DNA from: Nitrospirota bacterium
Lineage (GTDB): Bacteria > Nitrospirota > Thermodesulfovibrionia > Thermodesulfovibrionales > Dissulfurispiraceae
Assembly: GCA_963710375.1 (NCBI GenBank)
Contig: CAVPZX010000004.1
Span: 192,001 to 256,000 of the forward strand
Direction: 5' to 3'
DNA: 64,000 bases
Shown: one piece after another, positions 62,154-64,000 of the stretch
How the letters are laid out: the number at the start of each line of letters is the position of its first letter
How positions within the stretch are numbered: position 1 is the stretch's first letter
Made by a program: the position numbers and the translations under genes
Notes under the pieces: generated by a model
Databases searched by the model: none
The model's input: the letters and a program-made list of their open reading frames with translations, nothing else
What the model was told of the DNA's origin: nothing

Positions 62154-64000
62154 ATGTCGGGCAGTGAGACAAAGAGCCTTGAACTTGCAAAGGAACTGGA
62201 TCTGAAGCCTTCTGAAGTTGTGAAGCGGGTTGAGCGGATCAGGGGTGTAGAATTTAAAAAAGGCACTTCGAATGTAAAGATCACCGCTGAAGAAGCGGCT
62301 AAGATCAGGGCTCAAGAAGCGGGTAAAGCGGCGGAGTTAGCCGGTAAGAAGAAAAAAGCTCCGGAAGTGCGCGAAAGACCCTCTGCAGAGACCCAGCCTA
62401 AGAAAAAGCCTGAGGGCGGTGCGCCAAAGGCGGAACCTGTTAAAAAGAAAGTTCACAAGGCCCATGAGCCTGCAGTGGCTGACCTTGAAAAGCCCACTGA
62501 GAGCAAACAAGAAGTGTATGCAGAGGTGGAGGCAGAGGAAGTGGGTTTGGCTGTAGCTGCACCTCCTGTTGCTGCTGAAGAGGATGAAGAGGTTAAAGTT
62601 CCTGACCGGTTCAAGAAAGAGATAGAAGTAGAAAAGGTCGAAAAGATCAAGGTCAAGCCGACAATGCAGAAGGCCTTCCAGGCAATAAAGAAGATCGAAC
62701 CGAAGAAATGGGTTGATCAGAAGTCGATGAAAAGGCCGAAGGACAGGATGAGGAGGCCCGAGGCTGAGCAGCAACCACAGATCACTGCGCCAAGAAAGAA
62801 ATCGATCAAGTTTGAAGAAGGGACAACGGTCAAGGCGTTTGCTGAACTGATAGGACTTAAAATACCTGATGTGATAAAGAAACTAATGGAACTTGGGTAT
62901 ATGGCAACCGTTAACCAGCCGATTGATTCCGATGCGGCACTCCTTGTTGCCGACAGCTTCGGGATAAAGGCCGAATCGGTGTCCGCCGAACAGTTCGATG
63001 TTGTGGAAGAGGCTGCTGAAAATGCTGTCAACCGTATTTTCCGTCCACCGGTTGTTACAATAATGGGCCACGTCGATCATGGAAAGACCTCACTGCTGGA
63101 TGCGATAAGAGAAACTAAAGTGACAGAAACGGAAGCCGGCGGTATTACGCAGCACATTGGCGCATACAAGGTTTCGCTTCAGGGTAAAGATATTACGTTC
63201 CTTGACACCCCAGGTCACGAGGCCTTTACCGCCTTGAGGGCAAGGGGGGCAAAAGTGACGGACATCGTTGTTCTGGTTGTTGCTGCGGATGACGGCGTTA
63301 TGCCCCAGACTATTGAGGCTATAGACCATTCAAAGGCGGCGAATGTGCCTATTGTCGTTGCCATAAATAAAATAGACAAACCGGAAGCGAACCAGACCAG
63401 GGTCAGGAATGAACTTGCCGAACACGGCGTGGTGTCCGAGGAGTGGGGCGGTCAGAATATTTTTGTAGAAGTCTCGGCCAAGAAACGTATCGGCATTGAG
63501 CACTTGCTTGAAATGATCCTGTTGCAGTCCGAAGTGATGGAGCTCAAGGCCAACCCTAATAAACCCGCCCGCGGCACGATCATCGAAGCGAAGCTTGACA
63601 GGGGCCGGGGACCGGTGGCAACGGTGCTTATTCAGTCTGGCACATTAAAAATAGGAGATGCCTTTGTTGCAGGGGCCGCATCAGGCAGGGTCAGGGCGCT
63701 TATTAACGACACAGGGAAAAAGATCCAGGAAGCGCTCCCTTCGACACCTGTCGAGGTTATCGGTTTTTCTGAAGTCCCGACTGCAGGCGATGTTTTTACC
63801 TGCGTGGAGGATGAAAAGAGGGCCCGCCAGGTGGCCCTTGCACGTTCGCAGAAGCAGCGTCTTGTCGAAATATCGCGTCACAGGAAACTAACTCTAGATG
63901 AGCTTTATGCCAGGATAAAAGAAGGGCAGATAAGAGAGCTGAACATCATTATTAAAGGCGATGTCCAGGGCTCTGTTGAAGCTCTCAAGCAATCACTAGA
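62154..64000 (+). CDS. infB: Translation initiation factor IF-2 (3' truncated; absent from the ORF track)
   Basis: Hand translation: [52 protein letters not shown]. Confidence 0.97.
   Translation, partial: MSGSETKSLELAKELDLKPSEVVKRVERIRGVEFKKGTSNVKITAEEAAKIRAQEAGKAAELAGKKKKAPEVRERPSAETQPKKKPEGGAPKAEPVKKKVHKAHEPAVADLEKPTESKQEVYAEVEAEEVGLAVAAPPVAAEEDEEVKVPDRFKKEIEVEKVEKIKVKPTMQKAFQAIKKIEPKKWVDQKSMKRPKDRMRRPEAEQQPQITAPRKKSIKFEEGTTVKAFAELIGLKIPDVIKKLMELGYMATVNQPIDSDAALLVADSFGIKAESVSAEQFDVVEEAAENAVNRIFRPPVVTIMGHVDHGKTSLLDAIRETKVTETEAGGITQHIGAYKVSLQGKDITFLDTPGHEAFTALRARGAKVTDIVVLVVAADDGVMPQTIEAIDHSKAANVPIVVAINKIDKPEANQTRVRNELAEHGVVSEEWGGQNIFVEVSAKKRIGIEHLLEMILLQSEVMELKANPNKPARGTIIEAKLDRGRGPVATVLIQSGTLKIGDAFVAGAASGRVRALINDTGKKIQEALPSTPVEVIGFSEVPTAGDVFTCVEDEKRARQVALARSQKQRLVEISRHRKLTLDELYARIKEGQIRELNIIIKGDVQGSVEALKQSL

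Noticed and set aside
62121..63891. Short ORFs listed at the right end of the window
   Set aside because: They are antisense or off-frame shadows of infB.

Overview
Bacterial chromosome segment. Protein style suggests an anaerobic diderm, plausibly Nitrospirota/Thermodesulfovibrionia; this is inference and was not tested. The left half (1-32.5 kb) is mostly accessory: the mutS2 3' end, an orphan histidine kinase, rnhA, a U32 protein, a frameshifted K+ channel, and an ArsR-TolC(frameshifted)-MFP-RND-DUF2892 efflux operon. It also holds a copper-flavoured island with three NosL-type domains but no nosZ (a CutF/CruR-like leader ORF before a NosL::outer-membrane-barrel fusion, plus a tlpA-nosL-nosL-ABC operon), a 42-bp perfect inverted-repeat element, a two-component system, pyrE, and an exported beta-propeller with a His/Cys ring and a CxxCH motif next to its own ABC transporter. 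Housekeeping genes follow (rsmA, geranylgeranyl reductase, USP, coaX, birA, nth). The right half holds the str-S10-spc-alpha ribosomal supercluster (rpmD and adk missing), a candidate UGA-recoded membrane microprotein after rplQ, SemiSWEET, a group 3b [NiFe]-hydrogenase operon, an HD-GYP regulator, tig-clpP-clpX, DUF721, rpmB and the 5' part of infB. At least a dozen elements built as (short unit)n-spacer-(reverse complement)n, from several unrelated unit families, sit at gene junctions and even inside N-terminal coding regions. No rRNA, tRNA or CRISPR array was seen.
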